From the human T2T-CHM13v2.0 reference genome, Homo sapiens: a stretch of DNA of 64,000 nucleotides. The translations under genes and the position numbers were made by a program. The DNA lies in NCBI RefSeq assembly GCF_009914755.1, contig NC_060925.1; one strand, written 5' to 3'. The first letter of the stretch is position 1. Each line of letters starts with the position of its first letter. Positions 1-16,132 of this stretch are shown piece after piece. The notes beneath the pieces are model-generated. The model searched no databases. It worked only from the letters and a program-made list of their open reading frames with translations, and was not told the origin of the DNA.

Positions 1-730
1 CATTTATCTCAAAATGGTGGCCAACCACAGTTGCAGACCTCAATCTATGGTACACAGCAAACAGTTCAACTTTTTCTTGTAATGCAGTGGCTTTTCTTTG
101 TTTCTTAGAGCACACTTAGCGTTACTAGTGTCACTTGTCCCATGATTAACTATGTTACCCTAAATATGATGAAAAATACATAAGAACCATGAGAGTTTAC
201 TCTTTACTGTGTTACACAGTTTACTGGAGAAATGAACTGCTCACATGGAGATGATCAGTGTCACAGGGCAGTTTAAGCAGATACTTGGAACACTTGAGCT
301 CACCACAAAAGCAACAGGAGGTGGCTGTGAAATTATTACAATAGTATGGTAGGTACTATGGTTAATTTTATACAGTTATGATTTAATACTGCCTATTTTC
401 ATTTGTTTATATTTCTTTCAACTGCAAATGGTGGTTTGTGTGCATAAGTTTTGGTGCATTTTAACCTTTCATAATAGGTTCATGTATATTTTACGGTAGT
501 AAATGATAAACTAGCATTTACATATGTTTTATGCATTGATGACATAATTAACTTTTTCTTAATTATTTTGATATTTGTAGGCCACATGGTTGGTCTGCTT
601 TATCAGGTTGCCACAAATCTCCAAATAATTTTACAATAAAAATTTACAATGTTTTTATTGGAATACAGAAAAAAATCCATGTATAAGTGGATCCACAGTG
701 TTTAAACCCATTTTGTTCACATGTAAACTG
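1..730. mobile_element. Tigger3/MER7-MER8-like (TcMar-Tigger) DNA transposon, right part
   Basis: Ends in AAAAATCCATGTATAAGTGGATCCACAGTGTTTAAACCCATTTTGTTCACATGTAAACTG, a degenerate match to the Tigger3-family terminal inverted repeat; runs off the window start. Confidence 0.7.
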
Positions 731-811
731 AATAGCCACTTCAGCTCTCTTATGCTTACTGTTTGTATGATTTATTTATTTACAACCTTTCACTGTAAAA
801 GTATTTATGTC

Positions 812-1109
<298 letters not shown>

Positions 1110-1437
1110 TTATGTCTTTGATTCTAAAGTATATCTCTTATAGACAAAATATAGCCAGATCATGTTGTTTTATAAATCCAATCTGGTAATCTCTCTCTTT
1201 TAATTGGACCATTTAGTCCACTCACTTTTAATGTAATTTCTGATATGATTGAATCAATATCTTCCATTTTGTTATTTGTTTTCCATGTTTGATATATTTT
1301 CTATTCCTCTGTTCCCCTTTTACTGTTTTCTTTTCTGTTAAGCATATGATTTTCAACAGAAATTGAAGAAAAAATAACAGAATGCAATACATACACACAC
1401 ATTCCTTAATAATTACCTACTTATGTTACATAGGTAG

Positions 1438-1983
<546 letters not shown>

Positions 1984-3829
1984 GTTAGAATTTCTGTTTG
2001 TTGTTGTTGTTTTTCATTCTTTCTTGTAGATATGAATTACTGCCAGTTTTCACTTCCTTTCAGCCTTTAGTATTTCTTGTAAGGTAGGTCTGCTAACAAC
2101 AAATGCTCTCAATCTTTGTTTATCTGGGAACATCTCTATTTTGCCTTCATTTTTGAAGGATATTGTTGCTAAATGTAGAATTATTTGTTAAAATGTTTTA
2201 TTTTTTCCTTCAACAACCTGAATGCCATTTACTTATCTTCTGCTGTTAATTTTTTGTGTGTTCAAACATCAGCTGTTAATTGTATTGCTTTTACTCTGTA
2301 CATGATGAGTCAGTTTCTCAGGTTGTTTTCAAGATTTTATTTTTGTATTTAGCTTTCAGTGGTTTGACTGTGATGTGTCTATATGTGATTTTCTTTGCAT
2401 CACGATTTTTGGAGCTTTTTGAATCTATGTTTTTTCATCAAATTAGGAAGTTTTCAGACATTATTTTCAAATATTTTTCTACCCCTTTATTCATTTTCTG
2501 GGAATCCTTCTACGTCTATGTTTGTATGTTTTAGTTTGGCTTACAAATCTCTGACACTTCATTTTTCTTCATTCTTGTGTTTCTCTGTGTTTTTGGACTA
2601 AATAATTTATATTGATTAATCTTCAAGTTCATCATTCTTTCTTCTGCCATCTCAAATTTGCTGTTGATATCATCAAATAAAATTTTCATTTCAGTTAATT
2701 TATTTTTTTAAGTGTAGAATTTGTATTTGTTTCCTTTTGTAGCTTCTATTTCTTTTTTAAAAGTCCAAATTTTCTGGATCATTGTCATGATATTTTTCTT
2801 TTAATTTGTTGAATATAGTTTCATTTAATTCTCTAGACATTTTATAAAATCTTTTTTCCATGTCTCTGCCTGCTAAATCAATATATGGGGTCATTCAGAA
2901 CAATTTCTATTGACTGCTTTTGTCCCCTGAGTTTGACTCTCACTTTTCTATGTCTTTACATGATTTATAATATGTGGTTAATAACAGAACATTTTGTAGC
3001 AACTCTGGATCTCGTTTCATGTTTTCAAATGTCATTCTTGTTGTTTGCCTTTTTTAGTTACTTTCTCCAACTTAAATGCAGAATCTGCTGAATATGGATG
3101 CTAGTGTATTCTTGGTTTTTAATTTTTTTTTAGCCTAGAATTCTAGGATTTTCCCTATGACTATATTGCTTAATGGTTAGCTATTGGGCAGATTGTAAAC
3201 AAACACCTAAAGCCCATGAGGTTGCACCCCCTGTTGATCAACTTGTGTCCAAGCTGTGAATGTAGTCAAAGTTCCAGCCAGTTCTCAGGTCTCACTTGGC
3301 TTTCACTTTTAATGAGGCTTTCTCAGGTCTCTTTTGTTTAAAGCTGGAGTTTCTCATCCAACCTCCACTGCAAATTGGAATTTCTCACCCAACCTCCACT
3401 TCAAATATAGATTGACTTTTCTGACACCAAAGCTGCTGCTTTTTTTACAACCAACTTCAAGCAGATAAAACTAAAGTTTCTACCCACTGACCTCGGGGCA
3501 TGAGGAAGAAGTTGGGAGCATCCCCAGACCAAAAAAACAAAAACAAAATCAAAAACAAAAACAACAACAACAAAAAAAACAGACTCTGCTATTCTTATCT
3601 GAGGCTCTAGTTATTTTTTGAGCATAAATGTTTCTTAATTTCTTATTTGCCTTTCATCAATTTCCAGTGTCCTGAAATGGTTATTTATAATAATTTCATT
3701 CAGGTTTATACTTGTTTTGCAAAAGAGAGTTGATGACCTTTTCTGGCCACCATTACTAGAAATTCTGTCCACTTCACTCTCTCTATGGCTCCATTGCCTC
3801 CTAATCCAAAACTAGTGTTAAGTCTCAGA

Positions 3830-5700
3830 AGACCCCTAATTCATAGTATCAGGAACCTGGGAAATGTGTGTAAGAATTGATTCTAAATTTGTTAGACAGA
3901 AGAGGAAGAAACACAATATTGAGATAGGCAACGTGTATGGAAGTATGTACTTAGCCAGAGATTCCAGGTCCAATGTATGTGATCAAGTTTAGAGTAGCTC
4001 TTGCTGTTTGCTCAGTTGCTGAAATATGGACTCAACCAGGGGAAATCTTAACAGTAACTATTTTCTACAGACTGTAATTGAATATGTGAGATGTTGCCAT
4101 TGAATGGTTCACTGATTTCAATAGGAAGAATGAAATCCCATTAAGAACCAAGTGGCACCATGTGCCTATCAGATAATAAAGAGTATATGTGGTTAATAAA
4201 ATGGGTAGGAGTAGTCTTTAGAATTGTTTGCTTGCAGAACTGTTTGGTGCTACATAATTGACCATGACATTCCTGAGACTGAAATAGAATGAAAAATAGA
4301 TCCATATAATAGTAATAATATGTTTCTAAAATCTCTAGGACTCATGAGCGTAATCCTGACTTGAGTCATCATAATGGAGAATTATACCTCTCATCTAATT
4401 TCCAGAGTAGCTCAAGTTTATATTCCCAGAACCTCTTGAATGGTGATATCCTCTTGAGGATGCACCCTATGACACTGCTGTACATACATAATATAAATTC
4501 TTTTTGTGGTCTTCTCTAAGACCACATTTATATTATACATAATATAAATTCTTTTATGGTCTTCTGCATCCATTCACCAAGGTAACTGATTATAAGGGTA
4601 TATGCTGGAGAGATTACTGGACACTGCCTCTGAACTGACTTATCTATGGATACCAAACACAATTGTCTAGTCCATTTTCTGTTGCTATAACAGAATACCA
4701 CAGACTGGGTAATTTATAAATAACAGAAGTTTGACTCACTGTTCTGGAGCTGGGAGGCCCATGAGAATGGCACTGGCATCTGACAAAGGTCAGCCCATGG
4801 TAGAATGAGGAAGCAAGCATGCATGTGAGGCAGAGAGAAAACTGGGCCACATTCATCCTTTTTATCAAGAACCTATTCCCATGATAACTAATGCACTTTG
4901 CTGATAACAGTATTAGCCCATTCACGGGAGCAGAGTCCTCATGACCTAATCACCTGTTAAAAGTCCTACCTCTCAACATTGTTACAATTACAATTAAATT
5001 TCAACCTGAGTTTTGGCAGAAACATTCAAACCATAGCAACAATGTAGCATAGAGGGTCAGGAAGGTCAACTAAAATTAGCAAATGTTGGTCTGAATTTAT
5101 TTCATGACATGTCCAGTGATTCCCAAATGTATCCTATTTATTTCCCTATTTCTAAATGTATTATTTGAAATAGACACATTTGGCAACGTATTACACATCA
5201 GCTACTTCAACCCATTTCCTAAGTAATTTATGATACCATCAGTTTTGAGTAGGGCCCAAAACAAGGGAAGGCTCTGAAGTTAGTCAAGAATACAGTGTAA
5301 GCAGCTCTACCACTAAAGCCTTACAATTCAGTAGATTCCACGTGTTCAATGAGAGTTTATTTTTTATAGTGACTGATATGTGTGTTTATAATATATATTT
5401 GTGGCAATATCACAAGGTCTGTTCCTAAAGGTATATGGCCACCTCTTCATTCAAGGGTTCTAGTCTGAAATTGGGTGAGAGGCTATAATGATTCTCCATG
5501 TGGAGAATTAAGTTGGTATTCTGTGAAGCTACAATAGGAGGATTACAATGCAGGCCCTTCAGACTTCTTTAAAAAGCTGCACTTTCTCTAGACAAACATC
5601 TTTTAAGAAACGACTCAAATCACTGCTACGGCTGGTAAAGGCAGGTCTCTTGACCATGTATCCTAGGATGCCTATTGTGAGCTGGTTCTATGTGTCCCAA
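3830..5700 (+). mobile_element. ERVL internal relic (gag, protease, pol connection/RNase H region), highly decayed
   Basis: Translates to LLDTASELT (4614-4640, protease DTG-like motif), FE*GPKQGKALKLVKNTV*AALPLKPYN (from 5244) and FKKRL..LVKAGLLTM..PIVSW (ORF 5548), all recognisable ERVL pol segments. Confidence 0.75.
4664..5038 (-). mobile_element. MaLR solo LTR (MSTC/MSTD-like) inserted in the ERVL relic
   Basis: TGTCTAGTCCATTTTCTGTTGCTATAACAGAATACCACAGACTGGGTAATTTATAAA ... CATTCAAACCATAGCA; perfect 5-bp TSD ACAAT (4659-4663, 5039-5043). Confidence 0.9.
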
Positions 5701-5709
5701 CAAGCCAAA

Positions 5710-6670
5710 ATCATCTTCATGTCTACTACCCTAGTTCCAGCTCTCATCATATTTCCATTGGAGAACTGCAGTATCTTCCTAATTAAATTTTCTGCTTCCA
5801 AATTTACTTCTCCAATTCATTTTTCTCATTTCAACTAGACTTTTTGAAATGCACATCTGATTGTGCTATTCACGGTTTTAAAAGCTTTGCTGGCTCCACA
5901 TTGGCCTTACAAAGTGGCACAAGACTCTGTATGATCTCATCCCCTATTACCTTCTAACATCATCTCTTCCTCAGACTGTGTGTACAATTTTGCCTTCTTT
6001 CACTTCTCAGAATGAGTTATTATCATTAATCTCTCAAGTCCTTCACTCATGTTTTCTCTCTATCTTAAAATTTCTTTCTTGGTTGACCTATATCTATCTT
6101 AAATATTCCTGTTTGAACATCATTCCTCAGAAAAGTATTTAAAGTCTTCCCAGACTAGGACAACCTGCCCTCTCTGTTATATGCTCTCATAATGGCTCAA
6201 ACCTTTCCTTATAGCATTTATTTTTGTTCATAATAATGTATTTACTTGTGAGATGATTTATTTGAAATATGCCTAGGTGGGAAGGCTATTCACTGGACAA
6301 GGACAAGAACACCTAATCAGGGAGAGAATGAGGGGTAAAATCTAGCTCACAGTGCACTTGACAAGCCATACATCCTGTTATAGATCTCCCTCTGTCTATA
6401 AGCAGGAGTGCCCTTTTACTAATTGTATAAATACAGTCTCTGCTCACAAAGGAGTGTGTACATTGGCTGCATCTACATGAAGAGTCTCCTTTTGCTAATT
6501 TGCACAAAGATAATAATGGATTAGCTATAGTTTTGTATGCCTCCCTCCTTGATAAGCTCTATGTGAGCAAACACCATGACTGTTTTTGTCATGCTTGTGT
6601 CCTCAATACTCAGCATAATTCATCGCACTTAAGCTCTCCATTAATATTTATTGGTTTAATAAATAAAGAA
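5710..6670 (+). mobile_element. L2 3' fragment, interrupted at about 6270-6530 by a possible MER91-like hAT relic
   Basis: L2-like CTACTACCCTAGTTCCAGCTCTCATCAT...GCACATCTGAT and a 3' tail ending ATATTTATTGGTTTAATAAAT. Confidence 0.55.
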
Positions 6671-6809
6671 ATGATCCTCAAACGTATAATAAATAGGCCA
6701 TTTTATTTTGCAGGTTTCTTCTAGGTTCATTGGTTTGTTAACAAAATAGACTTTACATTCTAAGATGCAAGCTGCTTTGGTGAGTCAATAACCAAAGGCA
6801 ATGAGTTTT

Positions 6810-6915
6810 GTTTTACTAATTGCCCAAATTCCTAATCAGATCCCTGGGATAGAGTCATACACTTTGCTTCCCTCCGTGCCCTGGAATGATTCTCAAGGGG
6901 AAGTCCCCAGAGTTC
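6810..6915 (+). promoter_or_regulatory. Candidate olfactory-receptor promoter (homeodomain plus O/E-like sites)
   Basis: TAATTG at 6817-6822 and O/E-like TCCCTGGGA (6841), TCTCAAGGGG (6891), TCCCCAGAG (6904) clustered in non-repeat DNA upstream of the first OR; motif inference only. Confidence 0.3.
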
Positions 6916-7659
6916 TAGAGCAGATGAAGTTGCTTCTCTTTCAGGAGTAAACAGAGTTCCTGGATTTGGGGTTGCAAGAGATTTCAACTCTGCAGGAAGA
7001 CTTCCCAAGCCAGAGGAGTCAATGCTCTGGACCTTGAATTAGTCACCATACTCGAATCTTCCTTCAGACACTCAGGAAGTGCTGATCATCCAGGCTTGAA
7101 GCTTTCAATTTCTCCTACTAGACCTTTTGGAGAGGTTCTAATCTCAGGGTTTTTTTGTTGTTGTTGTTTATTTTATTTATTTATTTTCTTTTCATGTTCA
7201 AATACACCAGCTAAAAGGAGAATTTCTCTCATTTCCTCTGCCAAGTTTGCAAAAAGTAAGTGGTTATTGATAGGAAAAAAAGGAGAGGAAACTTGATTTT
7301 AAATTTTCTGATATACTTCCTTTTTCTCTTCAGTTTTCTGATTATTTTTGTGATATTAGAATTTCATAATTTCCCTGTATCTTGCATGATGGCTGATTGA
7401 GAGCTGATGACTTATAAAGTGAAATATAGTATTCTTACAAGCTTTATGTTTAAATAATAAAATCAGCTGCAGAAAATCTTGGAGGGAAGAGTGAATAAGA
7501 CAACTTTCATAACTCCCAGAATTGTCATCTGTTCCTGATGTCCCTGGCATCTTTTGAGTCAATAAGGCTGAGATGCAGTTTTCATACAGCTATTGTCTCC
7601 TTCTTCTCTTACCTGAACACCTTGCCTGAAAATTCATTCAGTAGGGCATTGATCTGTTG

Positions 7660-7830
7660 GAAATGCATGGGATTTGGAGTTAGAAATATCTTTGTTTCAC
7701 ACCTGCAACTGCCAATTACTAGATCTGTGAGTCGGACTTAAGTAGCTTATCCCACTGAAGTAGCTTATCCCACTGAGCCTCAAATTCTCCACCTACCAAA
7801 TGGGAGTATTTTATTTCCTTGCAGAGTAAT
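7660..7830 (+). mobile_element. MIR fragment with an internal 18-bp tandem duplication
   Basis: GGGATTTGGAGTTAGA...CTGAGCCTCAAATTCTCCACCTACCAAATGGG MIR core. Confidence 0.65.
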
Positions 7831-8076
7831 CACTAGCCTTTAGGCTGGTGTATGTTAACCAAATGTTTGTTTCTGCATTTTATTTTCTAACTCCTCAGCC
7901 ATTTAGAGTATAAGGGCTACCTTCATTTTTCCATCAGCTTTGAGAGTCTATATGCTCCGTTGACACCCCTTATCTATCATGCACAGTCCTGGTCAGATTA
8001 CTGTTCCTGCCCCTTTTCAGCAACAATGCATGGGGGCATCAGGATCACTACTTTCAGAAAAATGTACTCAGCATAA

Positions 8077-8158
8077 TGTGTGTGTGTGTGGGGGGGGGGC
8101 GGGCGGAGGGGTGTGAGAGAGAGAGAGAAAGAGAGAGAGAGAGAAAAAGAGAGAGAGA
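8077..8158. repeat. Compound microsatellite (TG)n - G run - (GA)n
   Basis: Seen directly. Confidence 0.9.
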
Positions 8159-8514
8159 TAGGTGGATGTGAATTAGACTGAGGCTAAGGATTCTAGACAG
8201 ATAGATACTAGACTTGCCATAGCAGAGAACAATTAAAAGGAACACCATTTTCCTCTGAGCCTCACCCTCCTATCAGATGATAGTAGCTACGTCAGGAACT
8301 ATGAGGAAATTAGGTAACAATTACACAGTCCATGTTCCTGCCTCTTCACAGAGACATCAAAAGCAACTCAGAATAAGATACAATGATTCCCTTTTTAAAA
8401 AATGTCTTCCTAAAGAAGGTTCATTCACTTCTGTATATCAGTGTTTCATGTATCAGTATCTCAGCTGAGATAAAAATATTTTTTTCTTCCAGTAATGAAA
8501 TTTTTTTAATAGCA

Positions 8515-8700
8515 AAGGACTCAGTGTTCAGGGTCAAGAGAGCTGAGTTTCCAAGTTAGCTCTGCCATGAACTAAATGTGTGATATTCCTTTTTCCTTTT
8601 TGGAATTCAGTTTTCTCACTTTTCTACCACATAGTTATTTCTGATAGATTTATTATGACTTTGAAGAATAAAGAAAACTGTAAAATGCAAAAAACTTTCA
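8515..8700 (+). mobile_element. MIR fragment
   Basis: GGTCAAGAGAGCTGAGTTTCCAAGTTAGCTCTGCCA...TCAGTTTTCTCAC. Confidence 0.5.
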
Positions 8701-9174
8701 TATACGTTTTTACCATCTTTTTAGAGAAAAGAGCTATTCACAAAAACTTAATTTAAGAATTGGAAAACTAACTCAGAATAATTATTCATGTCCCTTCTTA
8801 ATGATAATCGTTTGTCAGCATTTAGTTTATCTCTCCATCTTTTCCTATATTGCCCTTTCATGTCTTTTAGCTCTAGCAGCTTCTCAGCTTCTGCAACTTA
8901 AAGAGCTTTGTGGATTTTATCCTTTCCTATCTATCTGTATGCCAGTTTTTCTGTCTTTCTTTTGCTTGGGTGCTTCATATGCTCCACATGCCTGCAATTT
9001 CCCTAAAGGAAGAGTCCATATTCTCTACCTCTCACTACCCTATAGTTCTATAGTCTAGATTTTCACTTAAATACATTTCTTGGTTTCTGTATGCCCAAAG
9101 AAGTGTTTCTGTGTATATCTGGCAGAAGTGAGGGTCTCTTTCTTCAGACTAGAAGTATCTCAAGAGCATTCCCT

Positions 9175-9430
9175 TATTCATTAGTTCATTTAACACATAC
9201 TTATCAAAAACTTAAAATGTGGCAAAAATTAGGATAGCTTTAGCGATATGGAATTGAGAATGATCTCTATAATAAGGAAGCTTAAAATGTAGTTGAAATG
9301 TCAGATAATAATTTCAATTGAATGTGACAAGTGCTATTATAGAAGGAATGAAATGCAAAGAGAACCAAGGAGGGAGGGATATCTAAATGGAAAGATGGTT
9401 GAGAGAATGGCCTCAAGAAAGGCTTAAAAA
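9175..9430 (-). mobile_element. L2 3' fragment
   Basis: ATTCATTAGTTCATTTAACACATACTTAT, the reversed L2 tail, followed by GGAAGCTTAAAATGTAG. Confidence 0.45.
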
Positions 9431-10398
9431 TTTGAACATACCCTCAACCCCACTGCATAAGTAATACATACTTATCATGGACACTAGGGAAAAATTAGGA
9501 GACAGTGGGATCTTACCCATAATTACACCATGCAGAACCATATTCTACTAACATTTAGATCATTTACATTCAGCCTTTCTCTATGCAGATATTCATATAA
9601 TTGAGATTATTTTGTACATACTATATCATATCCTGCTTCACTTACTATTTTCCACTGAATTATAAAATTATCATATGCATTATGTTTAAAGCTGCATAAT
9701 ACATATTTTTAAAATAATGTTGCATTACTTTTTGTTTACAAATGTTACATATATTCATTTATGAATTCTCTGAGTGTTTTTTCTATGTTCACATATTTAC
9801 TTATACATGGATATATATCTTTCTTTTGTTTACAATATTGGGATCATATGACCTTTACCATTTTATAATATTTCTTCCATTTAACAATATCGTGAAGAGT
9901 TTTCTAGATGTGTAACATTATAAGTTTTATTGTAAAATATGGAATGCATTTAAAAATGTATGCAAAAACATACATTTTAAGAGGAATAACAAAACAAACA
10001 CTTAGGTCCACTCTACCCAGGCTGAGAATTAGAATATCATCATGAATCTAGAAGCCTCATAAATGCTCCTTTCAGAAACTTTAAATATATGCCAACTAGT
10101 CCCTGTCATGAACTTTAGGTTACAGCATTTCCATATTTTTAAAAAATAGGGTATCCCTAAATAATAAATTATCTAATCCTGCCTTCCTTTGAATGTTAAA
10201 TAAATGGGATACACACACGATGCATGCACACACACACACCATATATAATATATTGAATTTATATATAATCACTCAATCATAATCTCTCTATATAATATAT
10301 AAATGATGTGCTTCCATTATTCAATATAATCATAATAACTCTGAGATTCATTCATGTTGATTTGAAAAAATGTTATTAGTCCTTTTAATTATCTTTAA

Positions 10399-10609
10399 TA
10401 TGAGTCAGCAAACTTTTTCTGTAAAGGACTAGTTAGTAATTATTTTAGTCTTCGCAGGCCATGCGGTCTCTGTTGCACCTACTCAACTCTATTATAGTAC
10501 GAAAGCAGCCATACACAATACATAAACAAATTGATGTGATTGTGCTCCAATAAAACTTTATTTATAAAAACATTTGACTGCTCTGTAGGTTTTGGTTTAC
10601 CCACCCCTC
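10399..10609 (+). mobile_element. MER58A (hAT-Charlie)
   Basis: GAGTCAGCAAACTTTTTCTGTAAAGG...CTACTCAACTCT...CCAATAAAACTTTATTTA...CACCCCT. Confidence 0.85.
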
Positions 10610-12128
10610 CTCTGTAGTAATTCACTCAATGCCCTATCACAGTTCATTGTGAAATTTTGTTTCAATTTAAATGTTCTTTCTACTTCTGAAGAACATTTGA
10701 CTTGCTTCAGTTTTCCTTTTTTTCTTTTTGTTTAAACAAACAAAACTGTAAACTTTGTGCATTTGTCTTTTGAGTTTTTATGGATTAAATATCTAACGGT
10801 AGAATTCCTGGTTTATAGAACATGTTTGTTTTCAGCTGTAGCAGGTAATGTCAAACTGTTTTCCAAAATGATTGTATCAATTTACTCTCCCACCAGTAGG
10901 AGACTGGAGCTTCCCTTGCTCTATATTTGGCACAATTTTGACTATTGACCATCTTATGAGAATGAAATGGTCTATGTTCTTAATTTTTGGGGTGTGGTCT
11001 TGTTTTTCCCTGGCTACTAATGATGTTAAAGGCTTGTTCACATGTTTATATGAGATTTGTGCTTCCTCTCATATGAAATTCCTATTTATTCCTCTTATCT
11101 ATCATTATATTAAACTGATTTTTTTCTCTTTGATTCTCAGAATCCATTTGATACTCCAAATACTAGTATTTTATCTAATTTTTGTTGCTAATATCTTTTC
11201 TCTATTTTTACCTTGCTTTTTTTCTTTTTTGTGATTCTGGAAAACACAAATTAATTTTTATATAATAAAGGTTGTCATTTTTTGCTGTTTTGTACCTTAA
11301 GGAATCATTTATCTCAAGTTTTAAAAATATTCTCACATAGTGTCTTCTAAATATTTAATAGAGTTTTTTGTTTGTTTATAGGTTTTTAATCCATTTGTGA
11401 TTGAATTTTGTATGGTATAAGCTAACCTAATTTCATTTTTTCCTCATATGAATGACCAACTATTGCATTAATTGACTAGTCTGTGCTTTCCATCAATCAG
11501 GAATGCCAGCCCCGTTTGAATAATTTTCATATTTTAGAATTCCATTTTCTCTCATTGGTTTGAGTGCTTATCCCTGTGCCAAAACCATGCCTTCTTAATT
11601 ACTACAGCTTTATTATAGTAAATGATATTTGAAGGACAAGTTCTCTCCATTTGTTTCTTTTCTTCAAGAATGTTTGGCTATTCTTCAATGTTTGTGCTTC
11701 CATATACAGTTTAATATGAGTTGTCAATCTAAAAAACAAATAACACAAAACAATCTATTTAGGATTCTGATTGAATTGCATTGAACTCATCAGTCAATTG
11801 TGCACTAATTGTAATATCATAATATTGTATCTTCGAATACATAAGCATAACCGTTTATTTCTGTCTTTTTTGTAAGGTATTGTAATTCTTGATATTGTAA
11901 TTCTTAATATAAAGTTCTTTATTCATGGATACTTTATTTTTTTGAAGCTATTATAAATAATAGTGGCTTTATACTTTGCTATCATTTGTTGAAATACTGA
12001 AATAAAGTGGATTTTTACATATAAATTTTGTACCAAAAAGTTTGTTAAACTTTCTTAATAATTCTAATAATTTATCAGAAATTTATTTCAGATTCTCTGT
12101 GTATAGAGTCACATCATCTAAAAAAAAA

Positions 12129-15012
<2,884 letters not shown>

Positions 15013-15466
15013 AAAAAGAAAGTTAAGTTTTATTCCTTTCTTTTCAATCCTTATACCTTTAATGTCTTTTTATTGCTTTATTAGGCTGGCTAGTATATTC
15101 AATACAATGTCAAAGAGAAGTGGATAAAGCCGTCACCCTTGTCTTCTTCTTAATCTTAAAGATAATCATTCAATATCTTACCATTAAGTTTGATGTGGGA
15201 TGTAGAATTGCATACATATGCTTTATTAAGTTAAAGAAAATATTTTAGTCCTAGTTTACTAAGGGTTCTTCTCAAAATAGACATTGAATTTTAAGAATGC
15301 TTTTGTGGCAGCTATTAAAATAATCATATGACTTTTTTGAGGTACTTTATTTGAGGAAATATATAATTGGACTGTTTAAATGTTAAACAGACTTTACATT
15401 CTGAAATAAAACCAACTTGGTCATGTACCAATTTTATTATACATTGCTGGATTTGGTTTGATAACA

Positions 15467-15745
15467 TAGCTGTCTCTCAGTATCCATGAGGGATTGGTTC
15501 CAGGACTTCTCATGGATATCAAAATTCACAGATGTTCAAGTCCATGATACAAAATAGTGAAGTACTTGCATATAACCTATGCACATCCTCCTTATACCTC
15601 AAATCATCTCTGGCTTACTTATAGTACCTGATACAATGTAAATGCTATATAAATAGTTATTACACTGTATTGTTTAGGAAATAGTGGGGAAAATGTCTGT
15701 ACACGTTCAGTACAAATGCATTTTTCCCAATATTTTTGATCCATG
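15467..15745 (+). mobile_element. MER2 (TcMar-Tigger), truncated
   Basis: CTCAGTATCCATGAGGGATTGGTTCCAGGAC...TTGCATATAACCTATGCACATCCTCC. Confidence 0.85.
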
Positions 15746-16100
15746 AAATTGCGACAAGATGAAATTTTCTGTCTTAATTATACTATAGTCTGGGAATGTG
15801 ATTACCTTTTAAGAAGATCCAGTCCTTAAAAAAATGTTGGGACCAATTTCATGGACCATTGATGATCATTTTTTAAAATGACCCAGGTGTACTTAAGAAG
15901 AATGCTTTATATCAAAATTTTAAATAATAGTGCTCAAATCTTGTGTGTCTTTATTTTCAGTCCAAGGACTTAATCTGCCATGTCCCTAAAAAAGAAAGTT
16001 GATTCACTGAGTTTTGAACTGAGTCTCTGCTGTGTTGCATTTTTGCTCTCTGTAGTGTACTCCAGAGCACAGTTATTTTTTGCTAAAAGATGTTGTGGAC

Positions 16101-16118
16101 TTTGTCTTATTCTTTCAG
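16101..16118 (+). promoter_or_regulatory. Splice acceptor of the OR coding exon
   Basis: TTTGTCTTATTCTTTCAG, 14 nt before ATG 16133; typical OR gene layout. Confidence 0.65.
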
Positions 16119-16132
16119 ACCTGAGATTCTCA

